From an uncultured Clostridia bacterium (GTDB lineage Bacteria > Bacillota > Clostridia > Christensenellales > CAG-138): a DNA stretch of 64,000 bases. Position 1 is the stretch's first letter; every line of letters starts with the position of its first letter. Below, piece by piece: positions 1-10,431 of this stretch. The translations under genes were made by a program, and so were the position numbers. The stretch lies in the NCBI GenBank assembly GCA_946625575.1, contig CAMOTD010000006.1:16251-80250 (forward strand). Reading direction: 5' to 3'. The notes under the pieces are model-generated. The model was not told the origin of the DNA, searched no databases, and worked only from the letters and a program-made list of their open reading frames with translations.

Positions 1-554
1 CGAAATCCCCCTTTCCGGTAAGGTTCGTGGGGTTTCCGCCCTATATGTATTTCCTTATGAAAATGCTTAAGGACGAGGGGATCCGCCTGAAAACGGGCCG
101 CCGTTCGACGGTGCTTCTCGGCGGCGGCTGGAAGGGCTTCTCCGGGCTCGAGATCGACCGGGAGGAGTTCCTTCGTCTGCTTGACGAGGTCCTCGGCATA
201 GGGCGGGAGCGCTGTTTTGAGTTTTACAGCGCCGTGGAGCACCCTATGGCTTACGTGAAATGCAGCGAGGGGCATTTCCACATCCCCTGTTACAGCCGCG
301 TGATAATACGCGATACCGCTTCGCTTGAGCCGGTGAAGGACGGCGAGGCGGGGCTCTTGAGCTTTGTAACGCCGCTCGTCACGTCCATGCCGCTCGTCAG
401 CGTCGTTACGGACGATATCGCCGTAAGGCATGAAGGACCCTGCGCCTGCGGGCTCAAGGCGCCGTATTTCGATCTTTTGGGCAGGGCGGGCGTATCCGGT
501 ATAAAGACCTGCGTTTCCGGCGCGAACGAGTTTTTGGGAGGGAAAGATGCTTGA
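1..554 (+). CDS. LuxE-like acyl-protein synthetase (acyl-adenylate-forming), 5' end cut by window edge
   Basis: The frame stays open from the window edge through the GTG at 27. The C-terminal half carries the GGGWK motif typical of LuxE-type acyl-protein synthetases. Its stop overlaps the start of the downstream LuxC-like gene (547). Confidence 0.6.
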   Translation, partial: KSPFPVRFVGFPPYMYFLMKMLKDEGIRLKTGRRSTVLLGGGWKGFSGLEIDREEFLRLLDEVLGIGRERCFEFYSAVEHPMAYVKCSEGHFHIPCYSRVIIRDTASLEPVKDGEAGLLSFVTPLVTSMPLVSVVTDDIAVRHEGPCACGLKAPYFDLLGRAGVSGIKTCVSGANEFLGGKDA

Positions 555-1824
555 CGCGATAAACAAGCTGATGGGTACAGCCGAAAAGCCCGATATGGAA
601 GCCCTTAAAAAGCGCGTCTCGGCGGCAAGGCGGCTTCCCGCGCTTGACCGTGAGAAGGTGATATGCGCCTGCGGCGCGCTCTCCCGCGAGCTTGCCTCCC
701 CCGAATACGCCGCCATGCTTTCGGGGCTCGGCATGCCGGAGGAAAAGATACGGCGCGAGATCTCGCTTGCAGCGGAAATGCTTTCGGAGGGGTATCTGCG
801 CGAAAGGGTCAAAACGGAGCTCGGCGAAGCGGAGGACGCTGCATTCACTCCGTTCGGGAGCTCCCGCCCGGTAAAGCGCGGTTTGAGGCCCCTCGGCGTG
901 CTCCTTCACATATCGGCGGGGAACGTGGACGCGCTGCCCGCATTCAGCGTGATAGAGGGGCTTTTGACAGGCAACGTGAACCTTCTGAAGCTCCCGCGGG
1001 AGGATAACGGGCTTTCCGCCGCCGCACTCGAGCGGCTTTGCGTGATCGAGCCAGCGATCGAGCCGTTCGTCGAGGTGCTCGACGTGCCCTCGACCGATAC
1101 GGAAACGCTTGCTGCGCTCGCCGAGCTTTCGGATGCGGTGGTCGTCTGGGGCGGAGACGAGGCGGTCGCCGCCGCAAGGAGGCTTGTTAAGCCCGATACA
1201 CGCGTGATCGAGTGGGGACATAAGCTGAGCTTCGCCTATTTTTCCGGCGCGCAGGCTGACGAGGCGCTTTATTCCGCAGCGGAGAACATCTGCATGACCG
1301 AGCAGCTTTACTGCAGCTCCTGCCAGGGGATATATCTCGATACGGACGATTTTGAAGAGGTCTGCCGCTTTGCGGAGCGGTTCGCCGCGATACTGGGCGA
1401 GGTATCGGAAAAATATCCGTTCTCCGGCGGAGACCGGATACGGGCGCAGAAAACGCTGGAGCTTTATACCGAGGAGCTTGAAGCCCGCCCGAACGAAAAG
1501 CGGGTATTCTGTGCAAACGGTGCGGGTGTGATCGCCGTGAACGACGGCGCCCTCGAAGCATCATATCAGTTCCGCTGTCCGTGGGTGAAGCCGCTGAAAA
1601 GGGAGAGGCTCCCCGAAACGCTCGCGCCGTATAAAAACCGATTGCAGACGGTGTTTTTGAGCTGTGCCGACGAAGAAAAAGACGCGCTGTCGGAGCTTTT
1701 GCTCAAGACCGGCGTCTTCCGTATAACGGACGGGAGGCTCATGTCCCGGGAATACTGCGGCATGCCGCACGACGGGGAGTATCCGCTCCTCAGATACGTG
1801 AAGCGCGTGTCAGTGGAAATATGA
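547..1824 (+). CDS. LuxC-like acyl-CoA (fatty acyl) reductase
   Basis: 425 aa. It has the LLHISAGNVDALP...NLLKLP segment characteristic of the LuxC acyl-CoA reductase family. It is translationally coupled to the LuxE-like gene (8-nt overlap). Confidence 0.6.
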   Translation: MLDAINKLMGTAEKPDMEALKKRVSAARRLPALDREKVICACGALSRELASPEYAAMLSGLGMPEEKIRREISLAAEMLSEGYLRERVKTELGEAEDAAFTPFGSSRPVKRGLRPLGVLLHISAGNVDALPAFSVIEGLLTGNVNLLKLPREDNGLSAAALERLCVIEPAIEPFVEVLDVPSTDTETLAALAELSDAVVVWGGDEAVAAARRLVKPDTRVIEWGHKLSFAYFSGAQADEALYSAAENICMTEQLYCSSCQGIYLDTDDFEEVCRFAERFAAILGEVSEKYPFSGGDRIRAQKTLELYTEELEARPNEKRVFCANGAGVIAVNDGALEASYQFRCPWVKPLKRERLPETLAPYKNRLQTVFLSCADEEKDALSELLLKTGVFRITDGRLMSREYCGMPHDGEYPLLRYVKRVSVEI

Positions 1825-1865
1825 AAGAAGCGTTCCCGGATGCGTCCGGGAACGCTTTTTACGAC

Positions 1866-2708
1866 TCAGCTTATATTCAAAAGTATCAGCGCGCCGATTA
1901 TCATTATAATGCCGATCACCTTGCGGACGCTCAGTTTTTCTTTGAACAAGAGTATCCCCGCCAGGCTTATGAGCACTATCGCGCCGACGTTGTAGATGGG
2001 GTACACGATGACCGCCTTGAGATCCTGCAGCGCTAGCAGCAGGAAGCGTGACGCAAAATAGTTCGGTACGCCGATAATCACGCCGAAAACCAGGTCCTTC
2101 CAAGTGATCCTCTTGCGGGTGACTATCGTCATGATCCCCGCAAGCGCGAGCGCGGTCAGGAAATTGCAGAACAGGAAATGATCCTTGACAGCCTCAACGC
2201 CGAAGTTATCGTAGATATTAGCCATGGATTCGGTTAGCCCGCTGACGAAGAGAAGCAGCAGCAGGAACACGCCGGAGCGTTTGGAGCCTTCCGCCTTGCC
2301 GGGCTCGAGGTAGATTATTATTATCGCCGCCACCGCCAGAACGAAGCCGACGATATTGAACACGGTCGGCTTTTCGCCAAAGGCCGCCACCGCCATGATC
2401 GTGGGAACGAGCACGCCGAGCTTCATGAAAACGGAGGAGAGCATCACTCCGTTTTTGCTTATGTTATGCTTCATCAGCATGAAGCTCAAAAGATACAGGC
2501 AGCCGCTTCCAAGACCGAGCAGCACAGCGAAGGTCATCCCCTCCTGCGGCGCGAACGGGCGCTTGTCCTCCATGAACAGGAAAGCGATGAGCGAGCAAAC
2601 GAAATAGTTCGCCATGAACATCGCGAAATTGTTTTTGATATGTTTTTCGCCGAGGCGCATTATTATCGCGACGGCGGAGCTTGCGAGCACTGCAAAGACG
2701 AGATTCAT
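1866..2708 (-). CDS. DMT-superfamily (EamA-like) polytopic membrane transporter
   Basis: About 10 hydrophobic helices across the translation. I prefer the ATG at 2708 (MNLVFAVL) because GGAGGG lies 4 nt upstream. The track ORF extends to 2729. Confidence 0.5.
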   Translation of the reverse strand: MNLVFAVLASSAVAIIMRLGEKHIKNNFAMFMANYFVCSLIAFLFMEDKRPFAPQEGMTFAVLLGLGSGCLYLLSFMLMKHNISKNGVMLSSVFMKLGVLVPTIMAVAAFGEKPTVFNIVGFVLAVAAIIIIYLEPGKAEGSKRSGVFLLLLLFVSGLTESMANIYDNFGVEAVKDHFLFCNFLTALALAGIMTIVTRKRITWKDLVFGVIIGVPNYFASRFLLLALQDLKAVIVYPIYNVGAIVLISLAGILLFKEKLSVRKVIGIIMIIGALILLNIS

Positions 2709-2742
2709 TATACCCTCCGGTCTGATCAATGCGATGGTTCGA

Positions 2743-3747
2743 TCACTGTTCCCCGTCCTCCGGCGAGGGCTCGGGCGGGAAGAGCGCTTCCCGGAGCCGA
2801 TCGGAGAAAACCCTCAGATCGTTGATCTCGCTGAACGCTTCGTTGTAGTACGGGTGGCTGATCGCGTTCCCGCTCAATGCAACGAACCCCTCGTAAGGAT
2901 TTACCATAAAGTAATAATCGCTTTTAACGTCCTCGCTCCTGAGCAGGAAGAAAATGTATCTGCTCCCCGCCTTCGGACCGTGGGCGGAATGGGCGTCGAC
3001 GATCTTCGGCGTTAAGTCGGTTGCGTTTATCACGGGGCGCCCGTTGTAGGGCGAAAGCACAACGTCAAGCCTGTCCCCGTACCTTAGCCCGCCGAAGAAG
3101 CCGTTCTCGACCTTTATCCTGATGAAGACCTGTTTCTGGGTGGAGAAAGTGCTCTCGCCGCCGCCGACCGACCGACAGGGGATATCCGTAGGCTCGCTTA
3201 CGGAGAGCACGCGCGCGGCGACGATCTCGTCGCAGGCGTTTGCAAGCGCGCTGAATTCGCCGTAGAAGAAGCTCTGCGAGGGCACGGTAAGTATTTTCCG
3301 CTGTTCCTCGATATCGCGCTTAATGCTTTCGATACTGCATACCGCGTTCTCGAATTCCGCAGTTCCGCCGTTAACGGGAACGGGCTGACCGGTCATTATC
3401 CGGTAGTCATCCCCGTCCTCCGCGCCGGGTGCGAGATAGAAAAGGTACCTTCCGCCGAGCTGCGCCTCCGCGGCGATATCGAAGGTGCTCCCCGCCTCAG
3501 CCGCGCCGTCGAGCACCTCGTCCACACGGAATGTGGCAAGGGGCCTCCCCGCGTCGGGGTTGGCGGTCCTCATGCAGGTGGAAATAACGATCTTTTCCGC
3601 GTCGCGGTATAAAAGGCTTACGGAGGCGGGCGGAAGCTCCGTTTCATTGGGATCGGACCTGTCGTCGGGCAGCGGCAAACCAACCGATACCGCGAACAGT
3701 ATCAGCAGAAGCATAAGCACAGCCGCTATCCTTTTGAGCGCCCTCAT
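2743..3747 (-). CDS. hypothetical N-terminally anchored/secreted protein with two related domains
   Basis: MRALKRIAAVLMLLLILFAV is a signal/anchor sequence. GGAGGAG lies 6 nt upstream of the ATG at 3747. There is an internal similarity (GGRYLFYLAPGAEDGDDY versus AGSRYIFFLLRSEDVKSDYY). I recognise no family. Confidence 0.45.
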   Translation of the reverse strand: MRALKRIAAVLMLLLILFAVSVGLPLPDDRSDPNETELPPASVSLLYRDAEKIVISTCMRTANPDAGRPLATFRVDEVLDGAAEAGSTFDIAAEAQLGGRYLFYLAPGAEDGDDYRIMTGQPVPVNGGTAEFENAVCSIESIKRDIEEQRKILTVPSQSFFYGEFSALANACDEIVAARVLSVSEPTDIPCRSVGGGESTFSTQKQVFIRIKVENGFFGGLRYGDRLDVVLSPYNGRPVINATDLTPKIVDAHSAHGPKAGSRYIFFLLRSEDVKSDYYFMVNPYEGFVALSGNAISHPYYNEAFSEINDLRVFSDRLREALFPPEPSPEDGEQ

Positions 3748-3849
3748 TTCAGTCTCCTCCGATATGGGCATACTCGCCCTATTATTTGATTATAACACCT
3801 GCGAATGAAATATACAAGCATGACGACGCTAAAATCATCTTAACGACTG

Positions 3850-3878
3850 TTGCGGATGAACGCGCCCTGTGCTATAAT
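3850..3878 (+). promoter_or_regulatory. sigma-A-like promoter for galK
   Basis: TTGCGG (3850-3855), 17-nt spacer, TATAAT (3873-3878) preceded by TGC (extended -10). Confidence 0.45.
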
Positions 3879-3938
3879 ACCCGCGATATTTGAAAGATCG
3901 GCAGATATTGCCGAGAAAGGTGCAGGTAATCCATTATT

Positions 3939-5126
3939 TTGAACGAATACGGTCTTCGCTCAAGCGATCTTTTCAGAACTTGTTTCCGCAAAAGCCCCGA
4001 TACGGTGCTTTTTGCGCCCGGCAGGGTCAACCTGATCGGCGAACATATAGATTATAACGGCGGACGGGTAATGCCCTGTTCGCTGTCCCTCGGCACTTAC
4101 GCCGCCGCGGCAAGGCGCAATGACGGAGTGATCCGTCTTGTTTCCGTCGACATGGGCGGCGCGGTCGTCGAGACCACGTCCGAGGAGCTTGCTTCCCTCC
4201 CCTGCGTGCCGCTGAGTTTCGCCCGCTTCGGCTGGGCGGAGTATCCGCTCGGCGTTGCCGCGAAGCTGATCGAGAACGGCTTTTACGTCGGCGGTTTCGA
4301 TATGGCGGTCTGCGGCAGCCTTCCCCGCGGCTCCGGGCTTTCTTCCTCCGCATCGCTCGAGGTGCTCACCTGCGCCGTTTTGAAGGAGCTTTTCTTCATT
4401 CGGCTGACCGGCGAGCAGGCGGCGCTCATTTCCCTCGCCGCCGAGCGCGACTGTGCTGGCGTGAACTGCGGTATCATGGATCAGTTCATCTGCGCGAAAG
4501 GCAGGAAGGATCACGCCGTGCTGCTCGATACGCACACCCTGTCGAACGAATATCTGCCCTTCGATCTGAAGGATTCGCAGCTTTTGATAATGAATACCAA
4601 AAAGCCCCGCCGGCTCGCGGGCTCCAAGTACAACGAGCGCCGCGCCGAATGCGAGGAGGCGCTCCGGCTGATCGTCGCTTCCGGGATGGACAGGAAGCAC
4701 CTTTGCGAGCTTACGCATGAAGAATTCGCTTCCGTCGAAGCCCTTCTGCCCGAAACGCTCCGCCGCCGCGCGCGCCATGCCGTGACGGAGAACGAACGCA
4801 CGCTCAATGCCGCCGAAGCTCTGAAGACCGGCGATATCGTCACGCTCGGCAAGCTCATGAACGCCTCCCACGATTCGCTTAAAAACGATTACGAGGTAAC
4901 GGGCAGGGAGCTCGATTCCATCGTTTACGCGGCAAGGGATCAGGAGGGCGTCCTCGGCGCGAGGATGACCGGCGCCGGGTTCGGCGGCTGCGCCATCGCG
5001 ATAGTCGAAAAAGACGCCGCCGAGAGCGTAAAAGCCGGCGTGACCGAACGCTACAAGGCGCAGACCGGGCTGAACTGCGAGATCTACATCGCTGAAACGG
5101 GCGAAGCGCCCTTCGGAAAGGGTTGA
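3939..5126 (+). CDS. galK: galactokinase
   Basis: GHMP-kinase signatures are present: GRVNLIGEHIDYNGG, PRGSGLSSSASLEV and GAGFGGC. Apparent TTG start. Confidence 0.9.
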   Translation: MNEYGLRSSDLFRTCFRKSPDTVLFAPGRVNLIGEHIDYNGGRVMPCSLSLGTYAAAARRNDGVIRLVSVDMGGAVVETTSEELASLPCVPLSFARFGWAEYPLGVAAKLIENGFYVGGFDMAVCGSLPRGSGLSSSASLEVLTCAVLKELFFIRLTGEQAALISLAAERDCAGVNCGIMDQFICAKGRKDHAVLLDTHTLSNEYLPFDLKDSQLLIMNTKKPRRLAGSKYNERRAECEEALRLIVASGMDRKHLCELTHEEFASVEALLPETLRRRARHAVTENERTLNAAEALKTGDIVTLGKLMNASHDSLKNDYEVTGRELDSIVYAARDQEGVLGARMTGAGFGGCAIAIVEKDAAESVKAGVTERYKAQTGLNCEIYIAETGEAPFGKG

Positions 5127-5131
5127 CGGAA

Positions 5132-6211
5132 ATGAAAAAGCTCGCCATTATACTTCTCGCGGCTTTACTGCTCTCTTTTGCGGCGTGCAGTTTCGGCAAA
5201 AACGATACTCCCGTTCCCACCGACGATCCCGCGAACACCCAATTGCCGACCGCCGAGCCAACGGATGAGCCAACGGTTGAGCCAACGGAGGAACCCACCC
5301 CCGATCCGACTCCGGCTCCCGGCGAATTCGTATTTCCGGACGATATTACGGACTATGCCTTTGAGTGCATCGGCAATGCCGATTCGCATATGACCGAGGC
5401 TGTCGAGTTTATCAGGCAGCACCCTATAAGCGTGCCCGGGGAAACGCACCCCTTCGTTCCCCCCAATGAATTCGAAAAGCTTTCCGGGGATGCGCTTTCG
5501 GTGTACAACGCCATGCTCGAAGCCGCCGGCGCTTTCAGCGAGCTTACCGTCGACTCCTGTTCGTCTGACGATATGGAGGCGGCGCTCAATGCGCTTTATA
5601 CCGATCATCCCGAGATAGAGACCTATTTCTCCATGATCGAAAGCGAGGACGGTTATTGTTCGCTCTATTCGATGCCGAGCGGGCGCTACGTCGAGCCCGC
5701 GGAGGATATGGATGCATTGAAGGATCAGGTCGCCGCGCTCGAGCTGACCGCGCGCTATATCGCGAGCCTTATCCCCGAGGAGTTCTCTCCCATTGACAAA
5801 TACCGCACGCTTGCCTATTACATCTGCTTGAACACGCAGTACGCGCACGTTGAGGGAGAGATCCCCCGCTATGCGACGACGCCCTTCGGCGCGGTGATAA
5901 ACGGCTACTCGATCTGCCAGGGATACGCCCTCGGGTTCGAGTACCTCTGCCGCGCGGCGGACCTCGACTGCCGCAGGCTGACGAACGGGCGTACCGACGA
6001 CAATATGCATTTCTGGGATATCGTGACCCTCGATCAGGGTACTTATTTCGTGGACGTCACCTGGTCGGACACGGGCAGCCCCTGGTACCAGGACAATCTG
6101 TTCTTCGATTGGTTCATGTTCCCCGCCGATCGGCATCACGTCGCCGCGGACGGAACGACCACAACGGGTAAGGCTTTCAACAAGCTCGATTGGTACGTAT
6201 CGGATGAATAA
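5132..6211 (+). CDS. lipoprotein with transglutaminase-like cysteine-peptidase core
   Basis: Lipobox LLSFAAC. A Pro/Thr/Glu-rich linker follows. The C-terminal YSICQGYALGFEYLCR...HFWDIV...DVTW pattern matches a Cys-His-Asp transglutaminase-like core. The ATG at 5132 is in frame with the track ORF start at 5123. Confidence 0.6.
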   Translation: MKKLAIILLAALLLSFAACSFGKNDTPVPTDDPANTQLPTAEPTDEPTVEPTEEPTPDPTPAPGEFVFPDDITDYAFECIGNADSHMTEAVEFIRQHPISVPGETHPFVPPNEFEKLSGDALSVYNAMLEAAGAFSELTVDSCSSDDMEAALNALYTDHPEIETYFSMIESEDGYCSLYSMPSGRYVEPAEDMDALKDQVAALELTARYIASLIPEEFSPIDKYRTLAYYICLNTQYAHVEGEIPRYATTPFGAVINGYSICQGYALGFEYLCRAADLDCRRLTNGRTDDNMHFWDIVTLDQGTYFVDVTWSDTGSPWYQDNLFFDWFMFPADRHHVAADGTTTTGKAFNKLDWYVSDE

Positions 6212-6273
6212 ACGTACGTTTTGACCGAATCGTCGTAAGACGATGACCGATCTCACTTCTGTCGAACAACAAA

Positions 6274-6312
6274 AGACTCTGCGGCGGACGCGATTCGCGG
6301 CAGAGTCTTTTT
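6274..6312. terminator. bidirectional intrinsic terminator between convergent genes
   Basis: Imperfect inverted repeat AGACTCTGCGGC...GCGGCAGAGTCT, flanked by an A-run upstream and a T-run downstream. It sits between the + lipoprotein gene and the - atpD gene. Confidence 0.6.
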
Positions 6313-6325
6313 ATTATTGAGTTTT

Positions 6326-6955
6326 TCAGCCTTCTTTTTCCTTGAGCATATCCTTCGTCTTCATGAGGCGGGTCAAATTCCCGCGCTCGTTTTCGTCGAG
6401 CTTCATGGAGATATCGTGGATGGCGTCCTTGAGCTGCGGTATCATTACGTACTCCAGCGCGTTGACACGGCGGCGGGTCTTCTCGATCTCGTCCGCAAGA
6501 AGATTGCAGGTTTTTTCCACCTCGGCAAGCTCGATGAGAAGCGGCATCAGCTCGGAGAATTTTGCGACGGCGTTATCGAGCTGGGACGAAGTGCCGAGCA
6601 CGCCGTAGGGCAGCCCGTGCGATTCGGTGGGGATGTAATTGAGGCGCGGCACCTCCGTCGAGAGCACCTTCGCGCTTTCGACGCCTATCCTCGCGGCAGA
6701 AGCGGGATAGCAGAGCGCCTCCTCCACGGCGGCGGAGCTCATGGTCGCCTTTGCGATGACGAAGCTTTGCATCGACTCCGCCATGAGCTTTTCGACGCGC
6801 TCCCTCAGCTCCTTGTTGCGGCGCACGTACGTGATGAAGCGGCGCACCGTTTCATCGCGCTTGTCTTTCATCAGCTTGTGTCCCCTCGTCGCAGTAACGA
6901 GCCTCTTTTTTAGGCGGCTCATTTCCATTCGGGTGGGCTTATAAGAAATTGCCAT
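6326..6955 (-). CDS. atpD: V/A-type ATP synthase subunit D
   Basis: The N-terminus PTRMEMSRLKKRLVTATRGHKLMKDKRDE is typical of V-type subunit D. It is the last gene of the operon. Confidence 0.9.
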   Translation of the reverse strand: MAISYKPTRMEMSRLKKRLVTATRGHKLMKDKRDETVRRFITYVRRNKELRERVEKLMAESMQSFVIAKATMSSAAVEEALCYPASAARIGVESAKVLSTEVPRLNYIPTESHGLPYGVLGTSSQLDNAVAKFSELMPLLIELAEVEKTCNLLADEIEKTRRRVNALEYVMIPQLKDAIHDISMKLDENERGNLTRLMKTKDMLKEKEG

Positions 6956-6971
6956 GAGCTATGGTCTCCGT

Positions 6972-8354
6972 TTACTGCTCTTTCTTTTCGTAATACTTGT
7001 CGAGATATTCGTCGCGGATACGCCTCAGTTCCGACCTCGGGAGTATCCTCAAAAGCTCCCAGCCGATGTCGAGGGTCTCCTCCACGGAGCGGTTGGTGTA
7101 ATACCCCTGGGAGACGTATTTCGCCTCGAACTCGTCGGAGAATTTGGCATAGAGCTTATCCACGTCGGAAAGCGCGGCGTCGCCCAGTATGACGGCGAGC
7201 TCCTTCGCTTCCTTGCCGCGCGAGTATGCGGCGAAGAGCTGGTTCATCGTGTCGGCGTGATCCTCGCGCGTTTTGCCCTTGCCTATGCCCTTATCCTTCA
7301 AACGCGAAAGCGACGGCAGAACGTTTACGGGCGGGGTTATGCCCTTCCTGTTGAGCTCCCTTGAAAGGATTATCTGCCCCTCGGTGATGTAGCCGGTAAG
7401 GTCGGGGATCGGGTGGGTGATATCGTCCTCCGGCATGGAGAGTATCGGTATCATCGTGATGGAGCCCTTCGAGCCCTTTATCCTGCCTGCGCGCTCATAC
7501 ATGGTGGCAAGGTCGGTATAAAGGTAGCCGGGATAGCCGCGGCGGCCGGGGACCTCCTTGCGGGCGGCTGAGATCTCGCGCAGCGCCTCCGCATAATTGG
7601 TGATATCCGTGATTATTACGAGCACGTGCATGCCGAGGTCGTAAGCCAGATACTCCGCGGCGGTTATCGCCATGCGCGGGGTGGCAATACGCTCGATGGC
7701 GGGGTCGTTCGCAAGGTTGACGAACGTGACCGTCCTTTCGATCGCGCCTGTCTTTTTGAAATCGTTTATAAAGTAATCGGCTTCCTCGAACGTGATGCCG
7801 ACGGCGGCGAACACGACGGCGAACGGCTCGTTCGTGCCCCTGACCTTCGCCTGCCTCGCTATCTGGGCGGCGAACTGTGCGTGAGGAAGACCGGAGCCGG
7901 AGAACACGGGCAGCTTTTGCCCGCGGACAAGCGTGTTCAAGCCGTCGATCGCGGATACGCCGGTCTGTATGAACTCATTGGGATAATCCCTCGCGGCGGG
8001 ATTCATCGGCGAGCCGTTGATATCCAGCATCTTTTCGGGGATGAGCGGCGCGCCGCCGTCCTTTGGGCGGCCCATACCGTCGAATACTCGCCCGAGCATA
8101 TCTGGCGCGACGGCGAGCTCAATGCTGTGACCGAGGAATTTAGCGCGGGAGTCGGATATCTTCAGACCCTGCGAGCCCTCGAAGAGCTGCACGAGCGCCT
8201 TCGACCCGTTTACCTCCAGCACCTTGCCGCGGCGGATATCGGAGCCGTCGGTCCTTTTGATCTCGACAAGCTCGTCGTATTTTACGCCGTCAACGCCGTC
8301 CACCATTACGAGCGGACCGACTACCTCGCGGATCGTTGTGTATTCCTTACGCAT
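6972..8354 (-). CDS. atpB: V/A-type ATP synthase subunit B
   Basis: 460 aa with typical non-catalytic B-subunit sequence ([29 protein letters not shown]). Confidence 0.92.
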   Translation of the reverse strand: MRKEYTTIREVVGPLVMVDGVDGVKYDELVEIKRTDGSDIRRGKVLEVNGSKALVQLFEGSQGLKISDSRAKFLGHSIELAVAPDMLGRVFDGMGRPKDGGAPLIPEKMLDINGSPMNPAARDYPNEFIQTGVSAIDGLNTLVRGQKLPVFSGSGLPHAQFAAQIARQAKVRGTNEPFAVVFAAVGITFEEADYFINDFKKTGAIERTVTFVNLANDPAIERIATPRMAITAAEYLAYDLGMHVLVIITDITNYAEALREISAARKEVPGRRGYPGYLYTDLATMYERAGRIKGSKGSITMIPILSMPEDDITHPIPDLTGYITEGQIILSRELNRKGITPPVNVLPSLSRLKDKGIGKGKTREDHADTMNQLFAAYSRGKEAKELAVILGDAALSDVDKLYAKFSDEFEAKYVSQGYYTNRSVEETLDIGWELLRILPRSELRRIRDEYLDKYYEKKEQ

Positions 8355-10125
8355 TTTCGTTACCCTCTGTCAATTTTCTGACCTCATTCGCGAGCTCGGC
8401 GGAAAGCTCTCTCGCGAGCTGTTTGTGATCCTTCTCCTGGCAGTACTTGAATCTGCCGAGCTTTTCCCTGACGGGCATCGCAGCGAGCTTTTCGAACGGA
8501 GCGCCGGCTTCGAGCGCGGCGGAACCCCTGTCGTAGAACTCGAGCAGGAGCTTCAAAAGCGCATGCTGCTTATCCGGGGAGGTGTAGGTATCGGTCGCGT
8601 CGAACGCGTTCTGATGGAGATAGTCCTCGCGGATGCTCCTCGCGGTCTCGAGCTTCAGACGGTCGCGCTTCGAGAGCGCGTCGATACCGACGAGAGAAAC
8701 GATCTCGGAAAGCTCCGCCTCCTCCTGCAGGAGGGTCATCGCCCTGGTGACGCATTCGCCCCAGTCCTCCGCGATGTTCGAATCGAACCACGGCTCGAGC
8801 CTGTCGGTGTAGAGCGAGTAGCTCGAGAGCCAGTCAATCGCGGGGAAGTGCCTCGCGTAGGCGAGCTTTGCGGAAAGTCCCCAGAACACCTTTACGATGC
8901 GGAGCGTCGCCTGTGAGACCGGCTCCGAAATATCGCCGCCGGGAGGCGATACGGCGCCGATCGCGGAGATCGCGCCCTTCCTGCCCTCCGAACCGATGGT
9001 GAGCACCTGACCCGCCCTCTCGTAGAACTCGGCAAGGCGGCTCGAAAGATAAGCGGGGTAGCCTTCTTCGCCGGGCATTTCCTCAAGACGGCCGCTCATT
9101 TCACGGAGCGCCTCCGCCCAGCGGGATGTGGAATCCGCCATTATTGCGACTTTATAGCCCATATCGCGATAATACTCCGCGATCGTGATGCCCGTGTAAA
9201 TGGACGCCTCACGCGCGGCGACGGGCATATCGGAGGTGTTCGCGATAAGCACCGTGCGCTTCATCAGCGAGAGCCCCGTCCTCGGATCGACGAGCTCGGG
9301 GAACTCGGTAAGAACGTCCGTCATCTCGTTTCCGCGCTCGCCGCAGCCGACGTAGACGATGATATCCGCGTCCGCCCATTTGGCGAGCTGATGCTGAACG
9401 ACCGTCTTGCCGCTGCCGAAGGGGCCGGGGACCGCCGCGACGCCGCCCTTCGCGATGGGGAAGAACGTGTCGATAACGCGCTGGCCGGTGATCATCGGCT
9501 CATTGGGAGGGAGCTTTTCCTGATACGGTCTGCCCTTTCGGACTGGCCATTTCTGCGCCATGGTAAGCTCCTCCTCGCCTTTTTCACCCTCTATGACGGC
9601 GATGGCGTCGTGGATCTTGTAGAGCCCTTCGGGAACGAGGCGCTTCAAAACGCCCGTCTTTCCCGGGGGGACCATTATGTAGTGCTTGACCGCGCCGGTC
9701 TCCTGCACGAAGCCGAGCACGTCGCCGCCGACAAGCTTTTTGCCGACCTCTGCCGTCGGCTGGAAATTCCAGACCTTTTCAGGATCGAGCGCGGGAGCGG
9801 CAATGCCCCTGGTGATCCTTGAACCGGCGGACTCGAAAAGCACGTTCAAGGGCCTCTGGATACCGTCGTAAATGGACTCGATAAGTCCGGGACCGAGCTC
9901 AACGGAGAGCGGCGCGCCCGTGGGATAAACAGGCTCGCCGGGACCGATGCCGCCCGTTTCCTCGTAGACCTGTATGGAGGCTCTGTCGCCCCTCAATTCA
10001 ATGACCTCGCCTATGAGCTCCTTTTCGGAAACGTGGACGACGTCGTACATCTGCACGCCGCCCATGCCGTCCGCCGTTATGAGCGGACCGGCTACCTTGA
10101 CGATGGTTCCGTGGTTCTGGGTCAT
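8347..10125 (-). CDS. atpA: V/A-type ATP synthase catalytic subunit A
   Basis: Walker A GPFGSGKT, and [11 protein letters not shown] prefer the ATG at 10125 ([14 protein letters not shown]), which has GGAGG 8 nt upstream. The longer track ORF (to 10230) runs into the repeat block. Confidence 0.92.
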   Translation of the reverse strand: MTQNHGTIVKVAGPLITADGMGGVQMYDVVHVSEKELIGEVIELRGDRASIQVYEETGGIGPGEPVYPTGAPLSVELGPGLIESIYDGIQRPLNVLFESAGSRITRGIAAPALDPEKVWNFQPTAEVGKKLVGGDVLGFVQETGAVKHYIMVPPGKTGVLKRLVPEGLYKIHDAIAVIEGEKGEEELTMAQKWPVRKGRPYQEKLPPNEPMITGQRVIDTFFPIAKGGVAAVPGPFGSGKTVVQHQLAKWADADIIVYVGCGERGNEMTDVLTEFPELVDPRTGLSLMKRTVLIANTSDMPVAAREASIYTGITIAEYYRDMGYKVAIMADSTSRWAEALREMSGRLEEMPGEEGYPAYLSSRLAEFYERAGQVLTIGSEGRKGAISAIGAVSPPGGDISEPVSQATLRIVKVFWGLSAKLAYARHFPAIDWLSSYSLYTDRLEPWFDSNIAEDWGECVTRAMTLLQEEAELSEIVSLVGIDALSKRDRLKLETARSIREDYLHQNAFDATDTYTSPDKQHALLKLLLEFYDRGSAALEAGAPFEKLAAMPVREKLGRFKYCQEKDHKQLARELSAELANEVRKLTEGNENA

Positions 10126-10246
10126 GGATATGTATCCTCCGTTAGTATTGTTCGTGGTTGGTGTTTTCCGCCCGAACGGCGGCGTGTGAGGCGCCTGGGT
10201 CTGACAGGTCACACTCGTTCGGAAAAGCAAAATGTCCGTTTCATCT

Positions 10247-10430
10247 GCTTCGGGACTTTTGCGGTTTCAGACGGCAAAGCCGTTTTTTTCTTCCGCTTCG
10301 GGACTTTTGCGGTTTCAGACGGCAAAGCCGTTTTTTTCTTCCGCTTCGGGACTTTTGCGGTTTCAGACGGCGAAGCCGCTTTTTTTCTTCCGCTTCGGGA
10401 CTTTTGCGGTTTCAGACGGCAAAGCCGGCT
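10247..10430. repeat. head-to-tail tandem repeat, about 48-bp unit, 3 full copies plus 1 truncated
   Basis: The unit GCTTCGGGACTTTTGCGGTTTCAGACGGCAAAGCCGTTTTTTTCTTCC starts at 10247, 10295, 10343 (49 bp, 2 substitutions) and 10392 (diverges after GCCGG). Each copy carries ACGGC-AAA-GCCGT plus T7 on the + strand. Confidence 0.9.
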
Positions 10431-10431
10431 G

